From a virus (Duplodnaviria > Caudoviricetes): a DNA stretch of 32,550 nt. The notes beneath the pieces were generated by a model. It saw only the letters and a program-made list of their open reading frames with translations. It ran no database searches and was not told where the DNA came from. Below are positions 1 through 9,700 of this stretch, in pieces. The stretch covers positions 1 through 32,550 of the IMG/VR virus record IMGVR_UViG_3300020045_003697. One strand, written 5' to 3'. The stretch's first letter is position 1, and every line of letters begins with the position of its first letter. Made by a program: the position numbers and the translations under genes.

Positions 1-562
1 TAACTTTCAGTTTGAATGTAGAGTAGAAGTGAGTATAGCTAACTTCCATTTGTTCACGAATACCAGCACCCTGTTTAATTACATTACCAGACTGACCAAC
101 ATTCTTATAATTTCCCCATTCGTCACGATTGCTACGAGCAAACATCAACAGACGGTTTTTATCAGCAGAGAATTCAGCTTCTAATTGATAATCCACATAG
201 TGCATCCACATTGGGAATAACTTAGGAGCTCCACCTTCTTTTGGTGATACTGGAATTGGAGTAACCAATTTACGTTTAAGCATTGAGCCATAGACTTTAT
301 GCTGAATACGCAATTTAGAGAATTCATTACGCATAGCCAGCGGGCTAGCAAAATGCAAGTCACCAACCTTACGTGAACCTTCAGATTCTACTGGAGAGAA
401 TTCTTTTGAGAAACGCTTGCCAGAAACGAGTTCTTCACCGGGCATCCCATTAGGATTAACACCCATCAACTCTACAGTATAGACAGCGTTAGTTCCTTCA
501 AAAGAAGCTTCACCTAGGATTCTTAGAGGATAAACCTCATTTTTTTCACCAACAATGACATC
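1..562 (-). CDS. Major capsid protein, exon 2 (runs off the left edge; missed by the ORF track)
   Basis: Manual translation from 562 is open to base 1: DVIVGEKNEVYPLRILGEASFEGTNAVYTVELMG...SRKVGDLHFASPLAMRNEFSKLRIQHKV...IKQGAGIREQMEV. This resembles crAss-like HK97-fold MCPs and continues exon 1 in frame. Confidence 0.93.
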
Positions 563-694
563 CAATTTGTTACCCTAGAGGCTTTTTATCCCCTAGTTCT
601 TATACTTTACAATTGTATAAGTTCAGCATATATTTTCATCCCATAAGGATGTCGGGCACTCGTGGCAGAATTATATTTATTCATCTGCTATGCG

Positions 695-1369
695 TTACAC
701 TGACACTTTGCCTTTCGTAATCAAAGTGTTTAGCACGGTATTGTCTTTTAAAAGATTACAAAGTTTGTCGTATGTTTCAGTTGGCATTTTAATTACATCT
801 AAAACATGACCAGTTGTTATTACTTTTATTTCTGGAACTATTTGTCGATAAGATACGCCTTTTAATATATTCATTATAACGTGTCGATCAACTCCGTAGA
901 TCTTTGCGATCATTCCTTGATTCATTCCAATTTCAAATAATCTAGGTAGAAATAAAACATGTTCATTTGTTAGAACAGAATCTTTATGATTTTCATTTCT
1001 AGATTTTAAGAAGTTATCTTTAGCATGTTTTTGATTTTCTGCATCTGTATTCCATTCTAGATTCCAAACCGCATTATTCAATTTATTACCATCCTTGTGA
1101 TTAACTTGTGGTTTATTTTCTGGGTTAGGAATAAACGCTCTTGCTACTAATTTATGAACAAATAGCAATCCACTTCTAATTCCATCTTGCTGAAACCCAA
1201 CATATTTATATCCTTTATGATTTGTATTTGGCTGGAATAAACATCCACGCCTCATTGTCATTCCACTATTAGGATTAAATACCTTTCGATCTAACGATCT
1301 AACTTTACCTAAATTACTTACTTCGTAATAACCTTTATAACCTTCTATTTCTCTCCATTCTTCAACCAT
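695..1369 (-). CDS. Intron-encoded NUMOD4-HNH homing endonuclease
   Basis: EEWREIEGYKGYYEVSNLGKVRS (NUMOD4) and VHKLVARAFIPNPENKPQVNHKDGNKLNNAVWNLEW (HNH_3), with a C-terminal HTH-like segment. ATG at 1369 is preferred over the track's TTG at 1399, which lies in a promoter motif. Confidence 0.93.
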   Translation of the reverse strand: MVEEWREIEGYKGYYEVSNLGKVRSLDRKVFNPNSGMTMRRGCLFQPNTNHKGYKYVGFQQDGIRSGLLFVHKLVARAFIPNPENKPQVNHKDGNKLNNAVWNLEWNTDAENQKHAKDNFLKSRNENHKDSVLTNEHVLFLPRLFEIGMNQGMIAKIYGVDRHVIMNILKGVSYRQIVPEIKVITTGHVLDVIKMPTETYDKLCNLLKDNTVLNTLITKGKVSV

Positions 1370-1396
1370 GGTCTTTCTGTATTTAATTACACCATG

Positions 1397-1404
1397 CAAA
1401 GATA
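1397..1404 (-). promoter_or_regulatory. Bacteroidota -7 promoter element (TATCTTTG) inside the intron, for the HNH gene
   Basis: Matches TAnnTTTG about 28 nt upstream of the HNH ATG. Confidence 0.6.
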
Positions 1405-1507
1405 TGAATTATTTAGAAGATTTCACCGTTTTTGCCCAATTTCTTCACTAGAATTTCTTCCAGCTTTTCACTAACAGGTTACCCTATTAGGCGGCAATAT
1501 TCATTTT

Positions 1508-1864
1508 ACCGTTAGCAAACCAATCTTCGCCAAATACGAGTTTAAAACTAGACCCACCAGCACCAATGTTGTACATTGCGCTAGTTACGGTAGATGCACC
1601 AATACGTGCTTCAATAAGCTGAATGTTACGAGCAGAGCTTCCAATGAGTTCCCATGTAAATTCATCGTCAGAATCCAACACTAAAGTTGGGAATTGAGCC
1701 AATGTATCTTCAAGAGATTTTCCACGGTTGTAAGCTAACAACTGTACCATATTACCACCGATCTTCTGTGGTTGACGCTGAAAGATTGATCCAAGGTGAT
1801 TCTCCGCAGAGATCAAACCCTTGAAGTATTTCGCGTCGTACATCTGAAATTTTTGTAGTTTCAT
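1508..1864 (-). CDS. Major capsid protein, exon 1
   Basis: MKLQKFQM...KGLISAENHLGSIFQRQPQK...LDSDDEFTWELIGSSARNIQLIEAR...FKLVFGEDWFANG resembles the crAss-like MCP N-terminus. The track's KMNIAA tail is intron sequence. Confidence 0.92.
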
Positions 1865-1887
1865 ATATTAATAAAAATTTATTTTAA

Positions 1888-3042
1888 TTAGTCGAAGTTG
1901 AATTTATCAAAATCAAATTGAACACCATCCTCTTCGGTTCTGCCACCACCATCTTCTTTAAATTTAATGGATTCAGCTAGATTTTTCCAAGCATCTTTCT
2001 TGGCCTTTTTATTCTCTAGGACTGCCATATTTGTTAGATCTTTCGTAGCTTTTAAAATATAGGCTAGTTTAAATCTACCATCAATTGGATTGTCATATAA
2101 AAACTTTGAAATGATGTCCAGAGGTCTGTTGTCCTCCGTAAACCCGACTGGTTGAGTTAATCCCTTAACGACATCATTCTTTAAAGCTTGTGGTATCGCA
2201 AGTCCAGGAATAATCTCCTTAGTATCTTTAACAATCTTATTTAGCTTATCAATTGATTCTTTCTCGGCTTTCTGTTGAGCTTGCTTTTGTGCTGCTTTTT
2301 GTGCTTTCTGCTGCTCGAATGTTTGCTTCTCGATTGTTTTCAATTCAGTTAAAGCATCCTTAGCTTCATCAACGTCTTCACCAGATTCAAATATTTTATC
2401 TATTAGTTTCTTTGCTTTTGATTCAGAGAATCCTTTAGACAAATAATTATTTGTAATAATTGTTCTTCGTAAATCACTACCATCATCAGACTCTTCTTCA
2501 ATAGCTTCATCTGTTATTGAATTATAAGCCTCTATGTTCTGTTGATGTGCTGCGATATCTTCGTGCGGAATGCCATCCCTAAGAGCTTCTAAGTATTCTT
2601 TCTGTGAATCATTAAGATCAGAAAACTCTCGTTGTTTGATACCATCCTCTAATACTTTGAAGAAATCATCTTGTGATTTAATATCTTCGTCTTTAATATC
2701 TTCTAAAATACCCCCCTCTTTCAGAGCTTGCACTAAGGAAGAGAAAAACTTAGGACTGAGAGTAGAAGAATTTTGACTTATATCATCGGTGGCATCTTGG
2801 CCCTTTCCAGAGGGGAGTAATACCTCTAGTTCGTCATCATCCTTTTCTTTATCTACATCATCAGAGTCGTCATCATCTGCATCCTCTAATTGGTCATTTT
2901 TAGGCGTTTTAACGGCCTTAGTCTTACTTGGTGGAGTGTTACCTTCATTTATTGGTTTAACGTCTCCTTCGAGAAGATTATCATCAAACTCCATAAAGTC
3001 TTCTGAAAAATCATCATTGTTAAAAATCTCCATTCCCTTCAT
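1888..3042 (-). CDS. Conserved crAss-like acidic coiled-coil protein upstream of MCP (putative scaffold/head-assembly protein)
   Basis: Acidic disordered N-terminus, helical coiled-coil core (FFSSLVQALKEGGIL, YLEALRDGIP, ESGEDVDEAKDAL) and position immediately before the MCP. Confidence 0.75.
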   Translation of the reverse strand: MKGMEIFNNDDFSEDFMEFDDNLLEGDVKPINEGNTPPSKTKAVKTPKNDQLEDADDDDSDDVDKEKDDDELEVLLPSGKGQDATDDISQNSSTLSPKFFSSLVQALKEGGILEDIKDEDIKSQDDFFKVLEDGIKQREFSDLNDSQKEYLEALRDGIPHEDIAAHQQNIEAYNSITDEAIEEESDDGSDLRRTIITNNYLSKGFSESKAKKLIDKIFESGEDVDEAKDALTELKTIEKQTFEQQKAQKAAQKQAQQKAEKESIDKLNKIVKDTKEIIPGLAIPQALKNDVVKGLTQPVGFTEDNRPLDIISKFLYDNPIDGRFKLAYILKATKDLTNMAVLENKKAKKDAWKNLAESIKFKEDGGGRTEEDGVQFDFDKFNFD

Positions 3043-3052
3043 AATTCCTCTA

Positions 3053-3060
3053 CAAAATTA
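3053..3060 (-). promoter_or_regulatory. -7 promoter element (TAATTTTG) for the scaffold-MCP operon
   Basis: TAnnTTTG just upstream of the 3042 start. Confidence 0.55.
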
Positions 3061-3076
3061 ATACATTATCATTATA

Positions 3077-3133
3077 AAAAAATATGCCACATACATTTTG
3101 GAGGTGAGTCCAAGGGGAGTACATGGCTATTTT
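3077..3133 (-). terminator. Putative intrinsic terminator after the lysis cassette
   Basis: Minus-strand imperfect stem (GCCATGTAC...GTATGTGGC) followed by a T-tract. Confidence 0.5.
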
Positions 3134-3138
3134 GTAAA

Positions 3139-3351
3139 TTAGTTAGATTCAGGTTTATTTGAATCACTCTCATCCACCATATTAACCTGAGTATTTAATA
3201 CCTTGATTAACATTTCGTATTCTTCAAATACGTTTTTGTAAACTCTAGTAAGCTTATTGAGTCTTTCAATTACTACATTACGCTCAATGGCGCACAATTC
3301 TACTTTCTCTACAGTCTCTACGCTCTTCTCTTCTTTAGGTACAACTTTCAT
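3139..3351 (-). CDS. Hypothetical small coiled-coil protein
   Basis: 70 aa ORF starting immediately after the endolysin stop codon. Confidence 0.7.
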   Translation of the reverse strand: MKVVPKEEKSVETVEKVELCAIERNVVIERLNKLTRVYKNVFEEYEMLIKVLNTQVNMVDESDSNKPESN

Positions 3352-3352
3352 A

Positions 3353-3850
3353 TTATTTATTTATTGATTTTAATTTCTCGCTTAATCTCTCAGCACGTTT
3401 GCCAACATCTTTATGCCATTTACTTTTAAGCATCTCAACTGACGCTTCATTGTATTTACCGTCCTTAATTAATCTTAGTGTGTTCTTGAATGTCAGGAAG
3501 GTTCCAATACCAAGATTAAAACACATATTAATTAATACATCCTGAACAACATCTGGTGCTAAATCAAACCAAGACAAGCTTGACTTCAATTGTTTAACAA
3601 CAGCACCTATATCATTATTAAGTAAATATATAGCCTGATCTTTAGTTATTCCAGTTTGTTTGAGCTTGTCTATAATAAAAGTTGGAAGGTCGTCATAGAT
3701 CTTTAAATAATCCAACTCTTCATTAGAGAACCAATTTGTAATTATATTACGACCAACACCAATTGTTAAATATCCAGCACTACACCTGTACGGGAATAAT
3801 CTTAATCCCTCATCTTCAATTAATTGATCAACTAATTCCTTTCTATTCAT
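3353..3850 (-). CDS. Endolysin, GH24 (T4-like) lysozyme
   Basis: LIEDEGLRLFPYRCSAGYLTIGVGRN, VLINMCFNLG and EMLKSKWHKDVGKRAERL motifs. Confidence 0.92.
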   Translation of the reverse strand: MNRKELVDQLIEDEGLRLFPYRCSAGYLTIGVGRNIITNWFSNEELDYLKIYDDLPTFIIDKLKQTGITKDQAIYLLNNDIGAVVKQLKSSLSWFDLAPDVVQDVLINMCFNLGIGTFLTFKNTLRLIKDGKYNEASVEMLKSKWHKDVGKRAERLSEKLKSINK

Positions 3851-3860
3851 AGTTAATAAT

Positions 3861-4304
3861 CTATCTTAAAAATGGTATTTTCTTTTTTATAATAAGCCAG
3901 CCAAATATTATTGTTATTAAAAGAATAGCTCCCCACTTGAGTGAGTTTGGTAGTTGTTTTTTTGCAACAATAACAGATTGTATTTCCTTTTTAGCTACTG
4001 ACTTATTTGCTCTGTTCTCATTCTTAACAACAGCATTATTTGACCTAGCCACCTTAACATCTTTCTTTGCATTAATAGAAGCCTGTTTTGTATCATTTCT
4101 AGCCCCTACAATCAACGATCTTTTGGTGGATGATATAAGTGTTCGCTCAGTACGTTCATTCTCTTTAATCAGCTTATTTACGACTCTTGGAGTTGCTATT
4201 AACTCTAGTCTAGTCGAATCCCTCATATTAGTAAAAACAACAACTGCTTGTTTTGTTTTACAACTAAATAGGATGATGATTAAAAAGAATGAAATGTATT
4301 TCAT
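3861..4304 (-). CDS. Putative unimolecular spanin (lipoprotein with C-terminal TM)
   Basis: Lipobox-like MKYISFFLIIILFSC, a periplasmic linker, then TM WGAILLITIIFGWLII followed by KKK; lies between holin and endolysin. Confidence 0.7.
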   Translation of the reverse strand: MKYISFFLIIILFSCKTKQAVVVFTNMRDSTRLELIATPRVVNKLIKENERTERTLISSTKRSLIVGARNDTKQASINAKKDVKVARSNNAVVKNENRANKSVAKKEIQSVIVAKKQLPNSLKWGAILLITIIFGWLIIKKKIPFLR

Positions 4305-4309
4305 AAATG

Positions 4310-4579
4310 TTATTGTTCGTTTACTTTATCCTTACCAAACTTGCTGTCGAAGATCTTACCAACAACTTCCATTGTGATAGCACCTACGCAGAACAGAAGG
4401 AAAATAAGAGTTCCCCAAAGAACCTCTCTGTTTATTTGATCACTCTTTAAAGTGCCGTTAATAGAAGCTTCTACTTGTAGATATAAAAAGAACATACCGA
4501 TATAAAGTCCGGCAGCTTTCCTACTTGCTTGCTGATCTTTGTCTTGAAAGAATCCTGCAATCCATTTAAAGAATCCCAT
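4310..4579 (-). CDS. Putative holin
   Basis: 89 aa with two TM segments and a charged C-terminus, in the lysis cassette. Confidence 0.65.
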   Translation of the reverse strand: MGFFKWIAGFFQDKDQQASRKAAGLYIGMFFLYLQVEASINGTLKSDQINREVLWGTLIFLLFCVGAITMEVVGKIFDSKFGKDKVNEQ

Positions 4580-4581
4580 AA

Positions 4582-4794
4582 CTATACTTTTACGGCTTTT
4601 TTATAAATCAAATAAGCAGCATATAAACTAACAATAAGAGTAGAAACTCTTAGATTAGCACCAACAAGCTCAATAAACGACAGCAATCCACATCCAATCA
4701 AACAGAATAAATCTGTTTTGTTTTTAGCAGCTAACTTAACAGTTGCTAAAAAAGAACTTACTTTTTGTTTTAACTTTAAAAAAAACTGTTTCAT
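4582..4794 (-). CDS. Small membrane protein (holin/antiholin candidate)
   Basis: Basic N-terminus and two hydrophobic segments; first gene after the 4814-4821 promoter. Confidence 0.55.
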   Translation of the reverse strand: MKQFFLKLKQKVSSFLATVKLAAKNKTDLFCLIGCGLLSFIELVGANLRVSTLIVSLYAAYLIYKKAVKV

Positions 4795-4813
4795 ATTATG
4801 TGTATTTAAATGA

Positions 4814-4821
4814 CAAAGGTA
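4814..4821 (-). promoter_or_regulatory. -7 promoter element (TACCTTTG) for the lysis cassette
   Basis: TAnnTTTG in the 65 bp intergenic gap. Confidence 0.6.
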
Positions 4822-4859
4822 CTATATTTATTTTAATTGTCAAATCTGATAATTTCATG

Positions 4860-6764
4860 TTAGAAATATCTTATTGGGCGAACATTAACCAATGTATTTT
4901 TTAGCTGTATTCCAAATTGGGTTACGTTATCCAAATTTCGGTGACGACCTTTCCATGCGTGTGAAGCATCATTTGGGGAGTCGGCCTCTGTGGACGACCA
5001 ATAATCCTGTTGATCTATAATGTTACCAACTCCTGCTCCAGTAAGTCCAAATAAAACTTTATTTAGTTCGTTGTAACTTGGAAGCACCCAATCTGAATAC
5101 CCTCCAGAACTAAGTAAATAACATTTTTCAGCGGCGTATTCAGCGGTTGGTGCTGTTCCTGAATACGCTGTCCAAATTGTATTCGTATTGGTAACTCCAT
5201 CTAAATATCCATACAAATTCGCACAAGAGGCATACATGTCAAGCGATCCGTCATACCAAACGTACTGTCCAATATCTGAACTTGCGGCTATTATCCCATG
5301 ACACTGCCCCGAAATATATCCAACGTCTCCCGATTGAAATATGTAAGCCACAATACCACCTTGATAAGAATCTCCAATAGAAGGGCATGTAGGCGCAAGT
5401 GCCGGAATTAAATAACTTGCTGTATTTGTTCCGGTATATCCGGTTGGCATAGTTCCGAAATCACAATAAGCGGTATATGAACTTGATAACTTTGAATAGA
5501 CTGTATTTTCAGTTGCCGTTATTTGACCTCCACTCAGCACAAACCCACCTGTTGCGGTTCCTGTATTATCATCGTTTGTTTTTATTATTGGAATTGTAGC
5601 CTCCGTAGTCGTTGGTTGAGATAAGGTTAGTGTCCACCGAACCACAATCGTAGTTGATGTCTCAGCAAATAACGAACTCGATAGTGTAGCATTAATTATA
5701 GATGTGGTTGTAAAGCTCTGATTTACGCCATAAGAAGTACCTGAACTATTAATGGCGTATGCCCTTACATAATATAATGTTCCTGCATTTAATCCAGTCA
5801 AATTGCACGAGAAAGAACCCAATCCGCTTCCGCTTAATATTTTTCCTCCGGTTGGCGTTGTAGTTGTTGGTTGTGATGTTGTTGGATCAATCGAAGTGCT
5901 GTAACAAATTCCCCTTTCTGTTGCCGAAGAACTCCCTTGTGTTAAAACTTCACCTCCTGATGTTGCCGAATTAATGGTTATCAGCGACGTGGATGCCGTT
6001 GTTAGTGTTGGTAATGATCCAAATGTAGTAAATGTCTGATTCACCCCATAAGCCGTTCCGGAAGTATTGGTTGCATACGCCCTGACGTAATACAAGGTAT
6101 TGGCTGCTGCTCCTGTTATTGAGCTTGTAAACTCACCAAGACCGCTGCCGTTCGCTGTTCTACCGCCTGAAGTTGTTGGAGTTAATGGTTTTGCTATTGT
6201 AGGATTTGTTGATGTTCCCCAACATGTCCCTCGAACTGTAGTCGATGAACTGCCCTCATTGATCACAATTCCCCCACCAGTTGCTGTTGTCGATGTAATG
6301 CTTGTAATTAGATTGGTCGATACTGCCGGAATAAATACTGCGCTTAATGTCGTAAATGTTCCCTGAGAACTAAAGTTTATTCCTTCGGCATTTTCAGCAT
6401 AAGCCTGAACGTAATACAGGGTATTAGGTGTTAAATACTCAATGTTCATCGAAAATGAGTATGTTTTTCCAGGCTCATACACCCCTATTGGCATATTGTA
6501 GTAGTCAGAACCTAGTTCATCCATTACGCCAGTAGTGTTATAGCATATTCCATTTCGAATAACAGGAAGATTACCGTCACCATTTTCAACCCTGCCGCCC
6601 AATACGGCTGAGTTTGTCGTAATTGCTGATACTGGATTCAAAAACACTCCAAGCGGAACCGTAATTACATCGCCCTGATAACTTCCGAAGAATCCAGTGT
6701 TTTGCTGCCCATTACACGAAATAATGGATATGAGTATGATTAATATTGACAGTATTTTCTTCAT
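4860..6764 (-). CDS. Exported adhesin-like protein: three FN3-like repeats plus a C-terminal DUF1566/C-type-lectin-like domain
   Basis: Signal MKKILSILIILISIISC from ATG 6764; repeats ending LYYVRAYAxNxxGxxYGxxxxFTT; C-terminus IGDSYQGGIVAY...GYSDWVLPSYNEL...YWSSTE...VRPIRYF. Confidence 0.8.
   Translation of the reverse strand: MKKILSILIILISIISCNGQQNTGFFGSYQGDVITVPLGVFLNPVSAITTNSAVLGGRVENGDGNLPVIRNGICYNTTGVMDELGSDYYNMPIGVYEPGKTYSFSMNIEYLTPNTLYYVQAYAENAEGINFSSQGTFTTLSAVFIPAVSTNLITSITSTTATGGGIVINEGSSSTTVRGTCWGTSTNPTIAKPLTPTTSGGRTANGSGLGEFTSSITGAAANTLYYVRAYATNTSGTAYGVNQTFTTFGSLPTLTTASTSLITINSATSGGEVLTQGSSSATERGICYSTSIDPTTSQPTTTTPTGGKILSGSGLGSFSCNLTGLNAGTLYYVRAYAINSSGTSYGVNQSFTTTSIINATLSSSLFAETSTTIVVRWTLTLSQPTTTEATIPIIKTNDDNTGTATGGFVLSGGQITATENTVYSKLSSSYTAYCDFGTMPTGYTGTNTASYLIPALAPTCPSIGDSYQGGIVAYIFQSGDVGYISGQCHGIIAASSDIGQYVWYDGSLDMYASCANLYGYLDGVTNTNTIWTAYSGTAPTAEYAAEKCYLLSSGGYSDWVLPSYNELNKVLFGLTGAGVGNIIDQQDYWSSTEADSPNDASHAWKGRHRNLDNVTQFGIQLKNTLVNVRPIRYF
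5706..6638 (-). repeat. Three ~100 aa FN3-like repeats within the adhesin gene (approximate bounds)
   Basis: ITxxxAxxGGxV...GxCxxT...YYVxAYAxNxxG...FTT occurs three times. Confidence 0.8.
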
Positions 6765-6765
6765 G

Positions 6766-9700
6766 TTAGAAAGATGTTTGATTATAGTCTTTATTTCCAT
6801 TAATAGTCAAAACAACTCCATTGTAAGTCCATGTATAGGAATCTTCTTTCCCATTACCCACGATGAGTATTCCGGTTGAATCCCACTCAATATTCCGTGA
6901 AATTGAAAGTGTATATCCCTTTAGTTTCAGCCTATAATTAGTTGATTGTTTTGTAACATGAAGAGTTCCGCTTGTGCTAACTTTTAAGTTTTGAAGTGTT
7001 ATTGAGGCATCTGCTGTCATAGTCATATTTGCATCAATTCCACTATTAACATCCCATACGGTAGTTAAAGAAGCCGTTAATGTTTGTGGTCGTGGGTTTA
7101 TCCAATCAATAAACTTTTCGCCATCCCACTTTTGAATGAAGTTAGCAGTCATTCCGGTTGTATTTAAACCATCAGATGCGTCTGCAAAAGTTAATACTCC
7201 TGAAACTATCTTAGGTATCTGTCCCTCTAACCCATTTGCCAATGCGCCTAAAGTACCATCAGGTGAAGCCGTTATTAGTCTTATTCCTGTACCCGAAAGA
7301 TTACCTAGTCTTAAATCACCATCAAGCATAGTATATACCATACTTAAACCATTATATGCAACGGTAAACCCATTACTAAACCCTATTTGACCGAAGAGTG
7401 CTATGTTCTGAGCTACGCCAGTATTTCCAGTGTATTCGGCCGAATATGCTTCTAAATTACCAAGCGCACGAATATTGCCCGTTGCAAATATTCTATAACC
7501 GGGGACTGGAGAAGTTCCAAAAGAAAACCATCCAGAATCATACGTGGCGGTACTGTTTAGAAATTTTGTTCCATCCCAATATGGTAAATAACCAGTAGAA
7601 AGCGATGATGCAATAGATGTTGGTGCTTTTAACGCTAGAGCATCAAATACACTATTCTGGCTTGGTGCTGTTGTCGTTACCGCATCATTTATAGCATCTA
7701 CAACAACAGAACCTCCGTTTATTTGATATTGCTGTCCTGTTGGAATATTTACGGTTCCTGCAAGTGTAGCTGTGACTGCTTTAAACTCCATTCCTGTTTC
7801 CACGGCATTAACCCCAAACAGCTTATTCGACTGTGCCGCATAGGAGTCTGGAGTATCGCTTAATCCAAGAATTGTTGATGTTCCAGATCCAGCACCTCCT
7901 CCTGTCCCAATAACATTAGATCGCCTGTAATCCATATAATAATTAGCTCCTGAAGGCTTAGATGGAATGGCTACATATCTTGCATTGACTGTATTTCCAA
8001 GACCTGTTTTTGTGTGTAGTATTAAACTGCCAATATGCTTAACTTCCGCAAAAGGAAGATTACTATTGTAAATATTTAAGATTTCATTATTTACGGCAGC
8101 TTCAGCAGCACTAGCAGAGGAGTATTCAGCAACACCAGACATAGCAATTATCTTATTCGGTGTGCCAATGTCATTTGTAGCAAATACATGTACTAACCGA
8201 TAATAATTATTTGTCATTGTTGTTATCGACCAAGTGCCACCAGAATTAAGGTTGTACATCGCAAGTCCAGAAGTACCATCGTTTAAGAAAGCATATCCGG
8301 CACGTACTACCCTGCGCCAATTACCAAGACCTGATCCTAGCCTATAATAAATTGGTATTCCAGTTGTGCTAGAAACGGATGGAACAGATGTAACTATATC
8401 TTCATCTGCAATAGTTCCGGCATCACTTCCAAATTGAGCATCCGCATTTACTGATCCTATCCCAAGCGTAATATTAGTAAGAGCCAGACCATTACCAAAC
8501 TGAGTGCCAAATGAAAGATGAGCATAAGCATGAACCCACGAAGGCCAATAAAAGGTGTGTCTTTCATTAGAAACATAAATAGAGACCTTGTTTGTTGCAT
8601 CCCAATAAATAACAGAAGTTATTACTTTGTTTCTGATAGCATCTACAATCTCACTGCTTGATGGATTAACCATTTCCGACAATACTCCAAGATCGTAATA
8701 GATAATATGAATACCCTCTACATCGCTAATGGTTATTGATTGCGTTCCGGTCTTTATATATTTTAATCCAACTTGATAGAAATAGAAAGTAGAAGCTACG
8801 GGAACTATGGAAAATATCCTAGTCCCATCAACAAAAGAGATATTTGTTTGATCTCCTTGTAAATAAGAAGCCCATCCATCGGCTCTATTAACTTCCGATG
8901 GATATTCAGCTGTCTGTGGATACACTAACAACCTTCCAGTTGTCGAACAGACAATAGCCTTACCTATAACCACGGGGAATAATCCCCCCATTGGCCTGAC
9001 ATGAGTAAGTACCTTATCACCCAAGTAGACATTGCCACCTGCGGTACATTCACTTAGGTTTATGTCATTAACAAAGCCAAATCTAGTTACCCTCCCTACG
9101 GTTCCATTTGGAATGTTTTGTGTAGCAACGCCAATAAGTCTTGACTCGTCATAAGTGATATTGGACGCTAGTAATATTGTCGGACTTATTCCACTTGCTC
9201 CATTTATATAAACAGGCTGTCCGTTTAGAATGTCGGATCCACTGTTATTAATACAAAGAGGAACCCAAAGCTCCTCACCATTATTTAGATGCAGATCGTT
9301 TGCTATATGCGTCTCTACAGATTGCGTAGCTTCGTTCCAAGCAACAGTACCCTTAACCTCGTAACCGTCATGTATATAAGTAGTATCTAAGACTAGTCGT
9401 TTAAATGGCAGTCCATAATCAATGCCGTGCCTCCACAGTAGTTCGTTGTCTGAGCCATTAAGTTTCCATTTAGCAGATTCGTCTAGTGGTGAGTAATCTA
9501 TACTTCCAATATACTTAGAGTCTCCATTGTAAACAGATCTATAACACCTAGCTATTTGATCGGTTTGTGGGCCCTGTCCAGTATGGTATATATCAAGTAA
9601 TGTTATTGTTACAGATGTTGAATCTACAACTGCGTATCTATGACCAATAAAATCAACTACGTAATTTCCAACAGTTCTACTAATTGCACCTGGATCATTA

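Larger units (their letters stand above)
563..1507 (-). mobile_element. Group I self-splicing intron in the MCP gene
   Basis: The 5' exon ends in U (AACGGU|), which pairs with intron UUGCCG (P1 with U-G wobble). The intron ends in G at 563. P3 is UGGGCA/UGCCCG, P4 CGGU/ACCG and P7 GCAUA/UAUGC. Removal gives in-frame WFANG|DVIVGEKN. Confidence 0.9.

Noticed and set aside
181-366. 61 aa minus-strand ORF in the track
   Set aside because: Out-of-frame shadow of MCP exon 2.
1487-1864. MCP as a truncated 125 aa protein or pseudogene
   Set aside because: The interruption is explained by a group I intron with in-frame splice junctions.
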